Below, one piece after another: positions 1-12,028 of a stretch of 64,000 bases of DNA (the first letter of the stretch is position 1; every line of letters starts with the position of its first letter). Below the pieces are notes generated by a model. The model saw only the letters and a list, made by a program, of their open reading frames with translations, did no database searches and was not told the DNA's origin. The stretch covers positions 3,238 through 67,237 of the forward strand of contig QCQE01000004.1 of assembly GCA_003212275.1 (NCBI GenBank), read 5' to 3'. The position numbers and the translations under genes are program-made. Origin of the DNA: Pelagibacteraceae bacterium AG-447-N18. GTDB lineage: Bacteria > Pseudomonadota > Alphaproteobacteria > Pelagibacterales > Pelagibacteraceae.

Positions 1-588
1 TCTTTGATCTATCATAAGTGCCGTTGAAAAACCTTGGTTATTAAGTCGTATTAATTCTTTTAATCCACCGATTCCTTTTTTAATTTGATTGTTGCAGATG
101 TATTTCTTTCTTATTCGTTCCATGAATTTATTTAAAAAAATATTATTTAGTGGTCTATAGATTGCGCCAATTTTAATACCTATTTTATCTATCTGCATTG
201 CCATAAGCTCAAAGTTACTGAAATGTCCTGATATAAATACGACTTTTTGATTTTGATCTTTAATATTTAAAAGTATATCTTCACCTTCTATAGAAATATT
301 TTTACTAAGATTACCGTTTCTAAAATTTTTCATATAAAGATATTCTGCAAAAACTCTCCCATAATTATTCCACATTGAAGATTTGATTTTATTGAATTCT
401 TTAGCATTATAATCTGGGAAAGCTTTTTTTATATTATTATTGATTATTTTTTTTGATCTAAAAATTGGACCAATAATTTCAAATAATTTTCCACTTAGAG
501 AAGATGAGAGTTTAACCCCAATAATTTTGAATATCACATAAAAAATGCAAATTATAATAAATTGTATAAAGTATTTAATTATTTTCAT
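1..588 (-). CDS. lpxL: Lipid A biosynthesis acyltransferase (LpxL/HtrB family), N-terminal part only; C-terminus lies beyond the left window edge
   Basis: My own minus-strand translation from ATG 588-586 gives MKIIKYFIQFIIICIF...VVFISGHFSNFELMAM. It has an N-terminal TM helix and an H-x4-E acyltransferase motif, overlaps the lpxK stop by 14 nt, and is not in the ORF track because it is open at the edge. Confidence 0.7.
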   Translation of the reverse strand, partial: MKIIKYFIQFIIICIFYVIFKIIGVKLSSSLSGKLFEIIGPIFRSKKIINNNIKKAFPDYNAKEFNKIKSSMWNNYGRVFAEYLYMKNFRNGNLSKNISIEGEDILLNIKDQNQKVVFISGHFSNFELMAMQIDKIGIKIGAIYRPLNNIFLNKFMERIRKKYICNNQIKKGIGGLKELIRLNNQGFSTALMIDQR

Positions 589-1516
589 AGACCTTTGAAA
601 TATCATTAATAAAAGTTTCTTGGTTTAGAATTTTTAATTCTGATTTAATATAAAAAATTTTATTGTTGTTGTTTAGTCTCATGTAATCTTTTTCAGTAGT
701 CATTACTTTACAATTTAATTTTTCAGACATTGAAATGATATCGTCTATCTCTTTTTGTAAGTATCTATAATGATCAGGAAATTCAATTTCTTTGACAATA
801 TTTAAGTTATTTTTTCTTAACATTGATATAAAAGTCTTATGATTTCCTATACCAGAGAAAACTAAATATTTTTCGCTTTTATCAAACTCATTGATATTCA
901 GTGGAATATATTCTCCTTGATAAATATTTATATTAGGGTCTAAACTATGAATATATTTTATAATATTATTAATATTTTCATTATTTCCATTTAAAAAAAC
1001 ATTTTTATATTTTTTTAAATTTTTAATATTTTCTCTGAGCGGTCCAGCTGGAATAGTAAAACTATTGCCAATCCAATTATCAATATTAAAACAAGCAATA
1101 CTGTAATCGAAATCTATTGATGGATCTTGTAAACCATCATCAAAAATTGCAAGTTCAAAATTTTCGTTAATTGCTTGTTTAATAGAGGAAGATCTATCTT
1201 TGAATTTAAATAATTTTCCGTGATTTGATAATATTTTTTGTTCATCAATTTGGTCTGAATAATATTTTTTAATAAAACAAGTTTTTATTTTATCTTTTAA
1301 AATTTCATTAATCTTCAAGCTTAAAGAGGTTTTACCTGTTCCACCTAGATAAATATTTCCCACACAAATAGTTTTAATTTTTGAATATTTCTTTTTTTTT
1401 GTTGTTAATTTTTTGAAAGTTTTTAAAATTGTTAGTAATAATGATACAGGGAAAAATAAATAAGAAAGAATGTTAGGTTTATTGTAATCCCAAAATTTGG
1501 GTTTTTTAAATTTCAT
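575..1516 (-). CDS. lpxK: Tetraacyldisaccharide 4'-kinase
   Basis: P-loop VGNIYLGGTGKTS typical of LpxK; about 310 aa; sits between waaA and lpxL. Confidence 0.9.
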   Translation of the reverse strand: MKFKKPKFWDYNKPNILSYLFFPVSLLLTILKTFKKLTTKKKKYSKIKTICVGNIYLGGTGKTSLSLKINEILKDKIKTCFIKKYYSDQIDEQKILSNHGKLFKFKDRSSSIKQAINENFELAIFDDGLQDPSIDFDYSIACFNIDNWIGNSFTIPAGPLRENIKNLKKYKNVFLNGNNENINNIIKYIHSLDPNINIYQGEYIPLNINEFDKSEKYLVFSGIGNHKTFISMLRKNNLNIVKEIEFPDHYRYLQKEIDDIISMSEKLNCKVMTTEKDYMRLNNNNKIFYIKSELKILNQETFINDISKVYENN

Positions 1517-2750
1517 TATGAATTGATTTATCTAACTCATTTAAGGTTTTTTTAAGTATTGTTGTACCAAGATATTTCATTTTTTTTACTTTTTTCACGT
1601 TTTTTTTAAAAATTATTGAATTAGCACATTGTTGAGGAGAATTGATTGAAGATGATATTTTTAATTGATTTAAATATTTGTAAACATCTCTAAAATTATC
1701 AATATTGGGTCCGTGTAATATTTTTGCACCGAATCGAGCGGGTTCTAAAGGATTTTGCCCACCTCTTTTAATAATTGACCCACCTAAAAAAACTGTTGTT
1801 GCAAATTTGTAAAACTTTTTAGACTCTCCGAAGGTATCAACGATATAAATATCAATATTATCTAATTTTTTTTTATTTGATCTACGAGATATTGTATTTA
1901 ACCCAAGTTCATTAATTTGTGAAATAATCTGGTCAACACGATTAATATGTCTTGGTATTATAATTGTAATGATATTTTTTATTTTTTTTTTTAATAAAAT
2001 GTGTGTTTTTGCTGCAAATAATTCCTCAGTGTTATGTGTGCTTGCTGCCACAAAAGTTTTATACTTTCTAAATTGCAAGAATAATTTCTTATCTGCTTGA
2101 TTAGTCTCAAAATTGTCATGTTCGATAAATTTTAAATTTCCAATAGAAGTTATTTTTTTTACTTTTAATTTTTTCAAAAAATAATTTGTCTCAGTGTTTT
2201 GAGAATAGGCTTTATCTATTAAACTAAAAGTTGAGTGAGAAAATTTTTTAATTATTGACCAACGCTGAAAAGTTTTTTTAGTAATTCTAGCATTTAGCAG
2301 AATTAAATGGACACCTTTTTTTTTAATAGATCGAAACATACTCGGCCATATTTCTGACTCTAAAAAAATTGCTATATCTGGTTTCCAATGATCCAAAAAT
2401 TTTTTTGAGAATAATATGTGATCAATAGGATAAAATTGGTGAATAGTTTTTTTGAATTTGATTTTTTCTAATATTTTTGATGAGCTTAATGTACTGGATG
2501 TTATTAATATTCTATTTATAGATTTGTCATTGTCATACTTTTTTATTATTGGGATAACACTTAATATTTCACCAACACTAGATCCATGAAACCAGATAAG
2601 TTTTCCAGTCCCTCTTTTTTTTGATATAAAACAAAATTTTTCTTTGAATCTATATTTATCCTCTTTATTTTTTAAAATTCTAAAGATAATTATGAGTGGA
2701 GAAAAAAATATTATGATTGAAAGTAAAAATTGGTAAATAAAAAAAATCAT
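1506..2750 (-). CDS. waaA: 3-deoxy-D-manno-octulosonic acid (Kdo) transferase
   Basis: WFHGSSVGE motif, N-terminal TM helix, 414 aa; lipid A gene context. Confidence 0.9.
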   Translation of the reverse strand: MIFFIYQFLLSIIIFFSPLIIIFRILKNKEDKYRFKEKFCFISKKRGTGKLIWFHGSSVGEILSVIPIIKKYDNDKSINRILITSSTLSSSKILEKIKFKKTIHQFYPIDHILFSKKFLDHWKPDIAIFLESEIWPSMFRSIKKKGVHLILLNARITKKTFQRWSIIKKFSHSTFSLIDKAYSQNTETNYFLKKLKVKKITSIGNLKFIEHDNFETNQADKKLFLQFRKYKTFVAASTHNTEELFAAKTHILLKKKIKNIITIIIPRHINRVDQIISQINELGLNTISRRSNKKKLDNIDIYIVDTFGESKKFYKFATTVFLGGSIIKRGGQNPLEPARFGAKILHGPNIDNFRDVYKYLNQLKISSSINSPQQCANSIIFKKNVKKVKKMKYLGTTILKKTLNELDKSIHNEI

Positions 2751-4486
2751 TACCTATGAAATTGTTTGTCATGAAAATTTTTATAAATTTTTGAATTAAT
2801 TAACAAATCTTCATGTTTACCATTATCAATTATCTTTCCAGAGTCTATTACATATATTTTATTTGAGTTTAAAATAGTCGAAAGTCTATGAGCAATAACA
2901 ATTGTAGTTCTATCTTTTGTTAAAATTTTTAATGCATCTTGTATTTTTGTTTCAGTCTCAGAATCTAAAGATGATGTGGCCTCGTCCAAAAGTATAATAG
3001 AGCTTTTTTTTAACATAGCTCTAGCTATTGAAATTCTTTGTTTTTCACCGCCAGATAATCTTACTCCATCCTCACCAATCATGGTTTCATATTTTTCTGG
3101 TAGATTATTTATAAATTCATCACAATGTGATAGTTTTGCTACTCTAAGTATTTCCTCATCACTCGCATCTAAATTTGCATATTTTATATTATTTTTAATT
3201 GTGTCATCAAAAAGAGTTGTCTCTTGACTGACTAGAGAAATATTTTTTCTCAAGGAATGTAAAGTGACGCTATATATAGATTGGTCATCTACAGAAATAT
3301 CACCCGATCCACAATCATAAAGTCTAGGTATTAAATTTAAAATGGTTGATTTACCTGAACCACTATGACCAACCAAAGAAGTCATTTTACCTCCCTCAAA
3401 CTCAAGATTTATATTTTTAAGAACCTCACCGTCAGATTTATTATAGCTAAACATCACATTCTTAAATTTGATATTTGCTTTTTCTACATTAATTTCTTTT
3501 GCATTATCTAGATTTTTAATTAATTTTTCGGTGTCAATTACAGATAAAATTCTTGAGGCTGCCGAAAGACCTTGATTAAGAATTACATTTAATGTCGATA
3601 AAGACCTCACTGGTTGATAAGCCAACATCATTGCAGCAAGAAATGAAAAAAAATTATTTACACTTAATTCTCCTACGGCAATTAATTTTCCTGAATAAAA
3701 AATCAGAATAGCAATCATTACTCCAGTTAATACCTCCATTATTGGAGAAATTCTGACTATCACGTGCCCAATTTTTTTATTTTTGTCTTTAAGTTGATTT
3801 AAATAGTTGTCTGCTCTATTTGACTCATACTTTTCTTTTTGAAAAATTTTTGTAAGTCGATGGTTTTTAAATAATTCAACTAAATACTTAGTTAAAAAAC
3901 TAGATTTTTCTTGAGCTTCAGTTGTTACTTTACCCATTCTTTTCCCCAAACTTCTTGCCGCGGTACTTGCTATTGGAATTAGAATAATTGCAATTAATGA
4001 GAGTTTCCAATTTTGTAAAAACATTACTGCAAGCAGTCCTATCAGTGTTAAACTGTCTTTAAAAAGGTTTAAAATACCATTGCTAAGAAGATTTGTAATA
4101 TGCATTACATCATATGTAAGGTTCGAAATAAATTTTCCTGTATGCTTTTCGTCTATAGATTTGGTGTCAGCACTTATTAAAGTATTTAACATATCAAATT
4201 GAAGTTTCTTTTTTATATCTTCCCCAACATTGATCATTATAACTTTAGCTAAATAAAGAGAAACTCCCTTAGTTGTAAAAGCAATGATTATTAAGAATGG
4301 TATAATTATAAGTAATGATTGATCCTTTTGTATAAAAATCTTATCAATTGCTGGATCAAGTAGCCAAGCAATTGATGAAGTACTTGCAGCAACTAAAAGA
4401 GAAAAAAATACTGCTATCGCAATTTTTTTGATATATTTCTTTGTATATTCATTAAAGAGTCTTTTTAATGTTGCTGATTTTTCCAT
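2750..4486 (-). CDS. msbA: Lipid A export ABC transporter (permease/ATPase fusion), MsbA-like
   Basis: Six-TM N-domain; Walker A GHSGSGKST, signature LSGGEKQR, Walker B ILLDEATS; adjacent to waaA and lpxK. Confidence 0.85.
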   Translation of the reverse strand: MEKSATLKRLFNEYTKKYIKKIAIAVFFSLLVAASTSSIAWLLDPAIDKIFIQKDQSLLIIIPFLIIIAFTTKGVSLYLAKVIMINVGEDIKKKLQFDMLNTLISADTKSIDEKHTGKFISNLTYDVMHITNLLSNGILNLFKDSLTLIGLLAVMFLQNWKLSLIAIILIPIASTAARSLGKRMGKVTTEAQEKSSFLTKYLVELFKNHRLTKIFQKEKYESNRADNYLNQLKDKNKKIGHVIVRISPIMEVLTGVMIAILIFYSGKLIAVGELSVNNFFSFLAAMMLAYQPVRSLSTLNVILNQGLSAASRILSVIDTEKLIKNLDNAKEINVEKANIKFKNVMFSYNKSDGEVLKNINLEFEGGKMTSLVGHSGSGKSTILNLIPRLYDCGSGDISVDDQSIYSVTLHSLRKNISLVSQETTLFDDTIKNNIKYANLDASDEEILRVAKLSHCDEFINNLPEKYETMIGEDGVRLSGGEKQRISIARAMLKKSSIILLDEATSSLDSETETKIQDALKILTKDRTTIVIAHRLSTILNSNKIYVIDSGKIIDNGKHEDLLINSKIYKNFHDKQFHR

Positions 4487-5352
4487 TATGAGACTTTTCC
4501 TATCAAAATATTTATTAAAACTAAAAGACCAAAAAAATTGTTACTTTTAAAAACTTTTAAACATATGCTTGGAGTATTTATATCAAAAGTCTTTATTTGA
4601 TATAAAAATAATTGTGTAAATGGTATTAGTAAAAATAAAAAATAATACAAACTAAAATCCATTAGATAACCTCCTACTACTAGAGAAAATATTAAAATAG
4701 AGTAACATATAATTAAAAATATTTTTGCAGTTCCTTTAAATTTAATTGAGGTTGATTTTAGTCCTATTATTTCATCATCTTTTATATCTTGGAATCCATA
4801 AATTGTGTCGTATCCTAGTGTCCAAAATATGGCTCCTATATAAAATATTAATGGTACAAGATTTAAACTTTCTGAAATTGATGTCCAGGCTAGCACTAAG
4901 CCATAGTTAAATGTTACTCCAAGAAATAGTTGTGGCCAAAAAGTATATCTTTTCATCAGCGGATATGTAAAAGCTAATGGCATTGAGGCTAATGCTAATA
5001 AGATTGTAAAAAGGTTAAAGTTAATTAAAACAATGAATGCCAATAAGCATAGTATAACTGCATAAAATAAACTTAATTTTACAGAAATTTTTCCTGATGC
5101 AATGGGCCTGTCCTTTGTCCTTAAAACTTGTTTATCAAAATTTCTATCTAATACATCATTAACAATACACCCCGCAGATCTCATCAATACAGCACCGAGA
5201 AAAAATAATATTAAGTAGAAAAAATAAATATTTTTATTTTGTGAGAAATCATAAACTAGTGTCAAGCCCCATATACAAGGCCAAAATAGCAACATGTAAC
5301 CAATTGGTTTTTTTAGCCTGGTCAGTTCAATAAATAAGTTTAGTTGGTTCAT
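4486..5352 (-). CDS. ubiA: 4-hydroxybenzoate polyprenyltransferase
   Basis: NDVLDRNFDKQVLRTKDRPIASG prenyltransferase motif; polytopic membrane protein of 288 aa. Confidence 0.9.
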   Translation of the reverse strand: MNQLNLFIELTRLKKPIGYMLLFWPCIWGLTLVYDFSQNKNIYFFYLILFFLGAVLMRSAGCIVNDVLDRNFDKQVLRTKDRPIASGKISVKLSLFYAVILCLLAFIVLINFNLFTILLALASMPLAFTYPLMKRYTFWPQLFLGVTFNYGLVLAWTSISESLNLVPLIFYIGAIFWTLGYDTIYGFQDIKDDEIIGLKSTSIKFKGTAKIFLIICYSILIFSLVVGGYLMDFSLYYFLFLLIPFTQLFLYQIKTFDINTPSICLKVFKSNNFFGLLVLINILIGKVS

Positions 5353-5404
5353 AAAATTTTACTTGTAAATAACAAAGCCAAGATTGATAATCAAATTGAT
5401 TCGT

Positions 5405-5812
5405 ATGAATATAGATTACACAGTTACCGCATTAATGTTTCCAGCAATCCCACTGATAATGGGAGTGTATTCTAATAGATTTCATACTTTGAGTTCTTTA
5501 ATAAGAAAAATACATGATGAGTACGTATTTGAAAAACATACCCCGCCTGAATGGAAAGACCAATTAATAAATTTAGAGAAAAGAATTGGTGTTTTAAAAT
5601 TAAGTATTTTATTTGCTGCTTTTGGATTTTTGTTCAATATGCTTACTGTTTTTGGTCTTTATTTACAAGAATTTTTTATTGCGAGAATAATCTTTGGCTC
5701 ATGTTGTTTGTCAATGATGATATCAATCATATTTTTTATCATTGAAATTCAAATTTCAACCAAAGCTCTTAGGCTACACCTGTCCGATATGGATATTCAA
5801 TTTAAGGAATAA
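5405..5812 (+). CDS. Small membrane protein (DUF2721-like)
   Basis: Three predicted TM segments. The ORF track starts at TTG 5384; I prefer ATG 5405. The family call is from memory only. Confidence 0.5.
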   Translation: MNIDYTVTALMFPAIPLIMGVYSNRFHTLSSLIRKIHDEYVFEKHTPPEWKDQLINLEKRIGVLKLSILFAAFGFLFNMLTVFGLYLQEFFIARIIFGSCCLSMMISIIFFIIEIQISTKALRLHLSDMDIQFKE

Positions 5813-6773
5813 TTACAGCTGGACCAGTTAATAATCTTGCCTCTAAATCCTTATGAGCTTGAGTAGCATCTTTCAAAGAATATTTTTTTGAAATTTCTAC
5901 TTTAAATTTATTAGATAAAATGGCTTCAAAAACTTTTTTTGCTGATTCAACTAGCTCTTCTCTTTTGATTGTATAGTGTGCAATGGATGGTCGAGTAAAA
6001 AATAATCCTTTTGCATTAATATCTTTTTTTACATCAATTGTATCAACGTACCCAGATGCATTTCCAAATGCTACCATCATTCCTCTTATTTTTAATGTTT
6101 CAATTGAACCTTTAAATGTTTTTATTCCAACACCATCATAAACAACATCAATACCATTTTTTCCTACAATTTTTTCAACTTCTTCTGAGAAATTTTTTTC
6201 AGAGTAATTAATTACATGGTGACAGCCATTTTTTTTGGCAATTTCCTCTTTAGCTTTTGAACCAACTGTTCCAATAACTTCTGCACCTAAAGAATTAGCC
6301 CAAGGACATAAAATTTGACCAAGAGCTCCAGCCGCAGCATGATATAGCACTTTGTCTCCTTTTTTTAATGGATAAGCTCTGTGCAATAGATATTCTGCAG
6401 TAATTCCTTTTAATGTTATACAAGATGCCACCTCATCAGAAATTCCGTCTGGAACATAAATTAATTTTTCCTCAGGCATTATTTGTTTTTCTGAATACGC
6501 TCCAATTGGCATTGATGCATGCGTAACTCGATCGCCAACTTTAAATAATTTTACTTCAGAGCCTATCTCTTCAATTATACCACTTGCTTCAAGGCCAATA
6601 CCACTTGGTAGTGGAATAGGGTAGAGACCTGTCCTGTGATAAATATCTATAAAATTTAGACCTATTGATTTATTTTTAATTAAGACTTCTTTAGGACCCG
6701 GTTTTCCTATTTCTATATCCTTAATAGTTAAAACCTCTGGTCCACCAAATTTCTCAATTTGTATCGATTTCAT
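5802..6773 (-). CDS. qor: NADPH:quinone oxidoreductase (zeta-crystallin/MDR family)
   Basis: MDR fold with HAAAGALGQ nucleotide-binding motif; 323 aa. Confidence 0.85.
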   Translation of the reverse strand: MKSIQIEKFGGPEVLTIKDIEIGKPGPKEVLIKNKSIGLNFIDIYHRTGLYPIPLPSGIGLEASGIIEEIGSEVKLFKVGDRVTHASMPIGAYSEKQIMPEEKLIYVPDGISDEVASCITLKGITAEYLLHRAYPLKKGDKVLYHAAAGALGQILCPWANSLGAEVIGTVGSKAKEEIAKKNGCHHVINYSEKNFSEEVEKIVGKNGIDVVYDGVGIKTFKGSIETLKIRGMMVAFGNASGYVDTIDVKKDINAKGLFFTRPSIAHYTIKREELVESAKKVFEAILSNKFKVEISKKYSLKDATQAHKDLEARLLTGPAVIIP

Positions 6774-6776
6774 TTT

Positions 6777-7613
6777 TTATTTTACAAATGTGCCATTATG
6801 ATAATCTTGTACAGCCTGTAATATCTCTGCTTTAGTATTCATTACAAAAGGACCACCTCTTGCAATTTCCTCATTTATCGGCTTTCCAGAAATAACTAAA
6901 AATTTAGCTTTTGATATAGCTTTTACTTCCAAATTTTCACCTTTAGTAAGCAATATCAAGGTACTATCTTTGACATTTTCATGTTTTTGCTCGCCAATTT
7001 TTATTTCACCATCAATTAAATAAATAAAACTATTATGAGTAGATGGTAGAAGGAAATTAAAATTCTTATCTTTATTTAATTCAACATCAAAATAAACTGG
7101 CTCAACATTATGTCCTTTGACTGGACCCTCTGCTTTTTCAAACTTACCAGCTATAACTTTTACTTTTTTTTCGTTATCTTCATGTACGCTCATTTTATGT
7201 GCATCAATATAAATATACTCAGGTTTGCTCATTTTTAATTTTGCAGGCATATTGATCCACAATTGAAATCCATGAAGCTTTCCCTCTTTCATTGCAGGCA
7301 TCTCTGAATGGATAATACCACTTCCAGTTTTCATCCACTGAACATCACCAGCAGTCATTTTGCCTTCACCACCTGTACTATCTTTATGTTCAAAATCACC
7401 AGCAAGCATGTAAGTAACAGTTTCGATTCCTCGATGGGGGTGTGGGGGAAAACCAGCTACATAATCATCACTATTTTCAGAGCCAAATTCATCTAACATC
7501 AAAAAAGGATCAAAGTAATTAGGTTCAACTCCAATACTTCTTTTTAACTTTACTCCAGCACCATCTGAAGCTGGAATTGGATCGATAATTTGTTTTACTT
7601 CAACATTCTTCAT
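6777..7613 (-). CDS. Pirin family protein
   Basis: FPPHPHRGIETVTYMLAG...H.DS.G cupin metal motif; 278 aa. Confidence 0.9.
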   Translation of the reverse strand: MKNVEVKQIIDPIPASDGAGVKLKRSIGVEPNYFDPFLMLDEFGSENSDDYVAGFPPHPHRGIETVTYMLAGDFEHKDSTGGEGKMTAGDVQWMKTGSGIIHSEMPAMKEGKLHGFQLWINMPAKLKMSKPEYIYIDAHKMSVHEDNEKKVKVIAGKFEKAEGPVKGHNVEPVYFDVELNKDKNFNFLLPSTHNSFIYLIDGEIKIGEQKHENVKDSTLILLTKGENLEVKAISKAKFLVISGKPINEEIARGGPFVMNTKAEILQAVQDYHNGTFVK

Positions 7614-7650
7614 CAGTTCTAATTAATGAATTTATTTCTTTTTTTCAAGA

Positions 7651-8019
7651 TCACTTTTTATCTAAACAAAAACCTTTAGCCCCGTTTATAACTAAGAATA
7701 AAAAACCACCAGCTAAAGCAATGTTTTTAAGAAAAGCAGTAAGCTGTACTTGATCAGCAAAATCATTGTGAAAAATAATAGCTGTTGCAAAACAAAATAA
7801 GCTTAATGCTGTAGCGGCAATTCTAGTTTGATAGCCAATTACAATTAGTATAGGTCCAATAATTTCAAGGGTAATTGCGGGTATAATTAAAATACCTGGC
7901 AGACCAAAACTTTCCATCCAACCTATGGTTCCCTCATAATTATTTATTTTAAAAATTCCATTTAAAAAAAATAATGCTGATATTAAAACTCTTCCAAATA
8001 AATCTAATGTTTTAATCAT
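7651..8019 (-). CDS. DoxX family membrane protein
   Basis: 122 aa, four TM helices, DoxX-like sequence; commonly next to pirin/qor-type genes. Confidence 0.7.
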   Translation of the reverse strand: MIKTLDLFGRVLISALFFLNGIFKINNYEGTIGWMESFGLPGILIIPAITLEIIGPILIVIGYQTRIAATALSLFCFATAIIFHNDFADQVQLTAFLKNIALAGGFLFLVINGAKGFCLDKK

Positions 8020-8115
8020 GTTAAAATAGTTTAGTAAATAGAATGGCGGATTGTATGATTGTTTGCAAGCACAAAAAAAAATATTTTGTCACCTTTGGTT
8101 TTTATTTTAAAACTA

Positions 8116-8778
8116 TTAAACTAATTGAATGAGTTTGTTAAGATCTGTAATTTGATATTTTGGTTTAAAATCTAGGTTATCAAAAATGTTATTATTTCGA
8201 TTTACCCAAATAGATTGGTAACCGTAATTTCCGCCACCAGAAACATCCCAAGTATTAGCACTTAAAAATGCAACTTCACTTTTTCTTATATTATATTTTT
8301 TAATAGGCATATCATAAACTTTAGAGCTTGGTTTATATACGCCTACTTGTTCTATAGAAAATATATCATCAAATAAATTGTCTAAATGATTACTTTTAAC
8401 TAATTCATCTAATAATGATGGAGTACCATTAGATAAAATAGCTAATTTAAATTTTTTTTCTTTTAGAGTTTTTAAAGTTTCGGGAACCTCTTTAAAAGTT
8501 GATAGCACTTTATATAAATTTAATAGTTCATTTCTCATTGAGGAGTCAATATCAAAAGCTTTCATTGATTTATCTAAACTATCTTCTGTAACTTGCCAAA
8601 AATCTTTGTGTCTATCCATCAAACTTCTAAGCCAAGTATATTCTAATTGTGTAGTCCTCCAAAAATTTGCAAATCTCTCCCATTTATCTCCAATTTTATC
8701 TTTGCATTTTTCGGCAGCTGAATTGACATCAAACAAAGTTCCGTAAGCATCAAAAATTATTGCTTTAATATTTTTCAT
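8116..8778 (-). CDS. Haloacid dehalogenase type II (HAD superfamily)
   Basis: IFDAYGTLFDV nucleophile motif, SNG..., and a C-terminal SANTWDVSGG motif. Confidence 0.85.
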   Translation of the reverse strand: MKNIKAIIFDAYGTLFDVNSAAEKCKDKIGDKWERFANFWRTTQLEYTWLRSLMDRHKDFWQVTEDSLDKSMKAFDIDSSMRNELLNLYKVLSTFKEVPETLKTLKEKKFKLAILSNGTPSLLDELVKSNHLDNLFDDIFSIEQVGVYKPSSKVYDMPIKKYNIRKSEVAFLSANTWDVSGGGNYGYQSIWVNRNNNIFDNLDFKPKYQITDLNKLIQLV

Positions 8779-8795
8779 AAATTAATTTAACATAT

Positions 8796-9497
8796 ATGAG
8801 TAATATAAGATTATTTTTTTCGGATACATTATCAAAAAATTTGATTGATAAATTAGATAAATCTCAATCTCATTATTTGACTAAAGTAATGAGACTGAAA
8901 AAAAATGATATTTTTTCTTTATTCAATAAAAATAGTGAATGGGAAGCAAAAATTTTAAATATTACAAAAGATTTTGTTGAGTTTAAATTAACCAAACAAT
9001 TAAGACAAAAAGAAAATACACAAGAACTATGGTTAGCCTTTTCTCCTATTAAATCAAATTACCAAAACTTCATGATTCAAAAAGCAACTGAATTAGGTGT
9101 TTCAAAATTCTTACCAATAATTTTTGATCGAACCATTGTAAGAAAAATTAACAAAGACCGATTAGAAAAAATAGTTATAGAAGCATGTGAACAATCAAAT
9201 CGGATTAGTGTCCCATCCATCGAGCAAGCACAAAATTTAAAAAGTTTTTTAAATTCCAATCCAATGAATTTAATTTTTACAGATTTAAATTCAGACAATA
9301 AAAAAATTGAAAAAACAAAGTTTTCAGATGAACCTATTTGTATCATCATAGGCCCTGAGGGAGATTTTTCAGAACACGAAAGGCAGGAGATTCTCTCTTT
9401 TGAAGGAGTACAGGCACTAAAAATTAATGATAATATTTTAAGATCAGAAACCGCGGTGATATCTGCAATTTCGATCATAAATTATGTGATTAATTGA
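8796..9497 (+). CDS. rsmE: 16S rRNA (uracil1498-N3)-methyltransferase
   Basis: RsmE-like N-terminal PUA-like region (HYLTKVMRLKKND) and C-terminal IGPEGDFS...LRSETA SPOUT motif. Confidence 0.85.
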   Translation: MSNIRLFFSDTLSKNLIDKLDKSQSHYLTKVMRLKKNDIFSLFNKNSEWEAKILNITKDFVEFKLTKQLRQKENTQELWLAFSPIKSNYQNFMIQKATELGVSKFLPIIFDRTIVRKINKDRLEKIVIEACEQSNRISVPSIEQAQNLKSFLNSNPMNLIFTDLNSDNKKIEKTKFSDEPICIIIGPEGDFSEHERQEILSFEGVQALKINDNILRSETAVISAISIINYVIN

Positions 9498-9557
9498 TAA
9501 ATTGTCGCGAAAACTAAAGTGTAATTTTTACAAAAGGGCTTTATATAGCTAATAAAA

Positions 9558-10370
9558 ATGAAAAAAATTTTATTAATATTTTCGAGCATTTTTATCTTTC
9601 AAAATGCTTTTGCAAACCAACCTGTTGATTGGCAACTAGGTTTTCAAAAAGCAGCATCAGAGTCGATGAGAGATATTGTAGCCTTTCACGATAATTTGTT
9701 ATTACCGATAATAATAGCGATAAGTGTTTTTGTATTATTTTTAATGCTTTATGCCTGTGTAAGATTTAGAGCTTCAGCAAATCCTAATCCCTCAAAAAGA
9801 ACACATAATGTTACTGTTGAAGTTTTATGGACTTTAATTCCATGCTTAATTTTAATTGTTATGGCGGTTCCATCATTTAAAATTTTATACAAGCAAGATA
9901 CGATTCCAAAAGCAGATTTAACAATCAAAGCAATAGGCTATCAATGGTACTGGGGTTATGAGTATCCAGATGAAAATTTGGAATTTGACTCTTATATGAT
10001 TGAAGAAAAAGATTTAAAAGCAAATCAACCAAGATTATTAGCTGTTGATAATGAAGTTGTTGTTCCAGTTGGTAAAGTAGTCAAAGTTTTAATTACTGCG
10101 AATGATGTTTTGCACGCTTGGGCCCTACCTTCGTTTGGAGTAAAAAGAGATGCAGTGCCTGGAAGAATTAATGAAACATGGTTTAAAGCTGAAAAAGTTG
10201 GTACTTATTATGGCCAATGTTCAGAACTTTGTGGTATAAAACATGCGTTTATGCCTATTGCAGTAAAAGTAGTTAGTGAAGATGAATATCAAGAATGGTT
10301 ATCTGAGGCGCGAGTAAAATTTGCAAAAGAAGAAATAGAGAATGATAAACTTAAATTAGCGAGTAAATAA
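9558..10370 (+). CDS. coxB: Cytochrome c oxidase (aa3) subunit II
   Basis: Signal peptide plus two TM helices; CuA site HAWALPSFGVK...CSELCG..H..M. Confidence 0.95.
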   Translation: MKKILLIFSSIFIFQNAFANQPVDWQLGFQKAASESMRDIVAFHDNLLLPIIIAISVFVLFLMLYACVRFRASANPNPSKRTHNVTVEVLWTLIPCLILIVMAVPSFKILYKQDTIPKADLTIKAIGYQWYWGYEYPDENLEFDSYMIEEKDLKANQPRLLAVDNEVVVPVGKVVKVLITANDVLHAWALPSFGVKRDAVPGRINETWFKAEKVGTYYGQCSELCGIKHAFMPIAVKVVSEDEYQEWLSEARVKFAKEEIENDKLKLASK

Positions 10371-12005
<1,635 letters not shown>

Positions 12006-12028
12006 TAAAATTAGAGCATTAAGAACTG

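Noticed and set aside
2976-3227. Short ORFs nested antisense or out of frame inside well-supported genes. Examples: 2976..3227, 5551..5745, 7308..7496, 9077..9478, 10724..10921, 11252..11539, 12019..12318, 15440..15694, 17316..17498, 17537..17725, 20440..20661, 21218..21496, 21736..22082, 23083..23271, 25138..25380, 27161..27400, 28920..29222, 30936..31199, 34695..34886, 36606..36809, 38531..38776, 42740..42979, 44275..44481, 45824..46262, 47591..47812, 49849..50280, 51749..52006, 52788..52994, 54052..54324, 54884..55066, 55499..55681, 57756..57986, 59344..59547, 60040..60339, 61526..61735 and 63211..63399
   Set aside because: Each lies entirely within a longer ORF with strong family-level motifs. 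Their products are low-complexity or compositionally odd, as expected for chance ORFs in AT-rich DNA.
8020-8115. 96-nt intergenic region between the HAD and DoxX genes as a possible small RNA or riboswitch
   Set aside because: Only an A/T-rich imperfect hairpin (ACAAAA...TTTTGT) is visible, with no conserved riboswitch-like core. It is most simply a weak terminator or promoter spacer.
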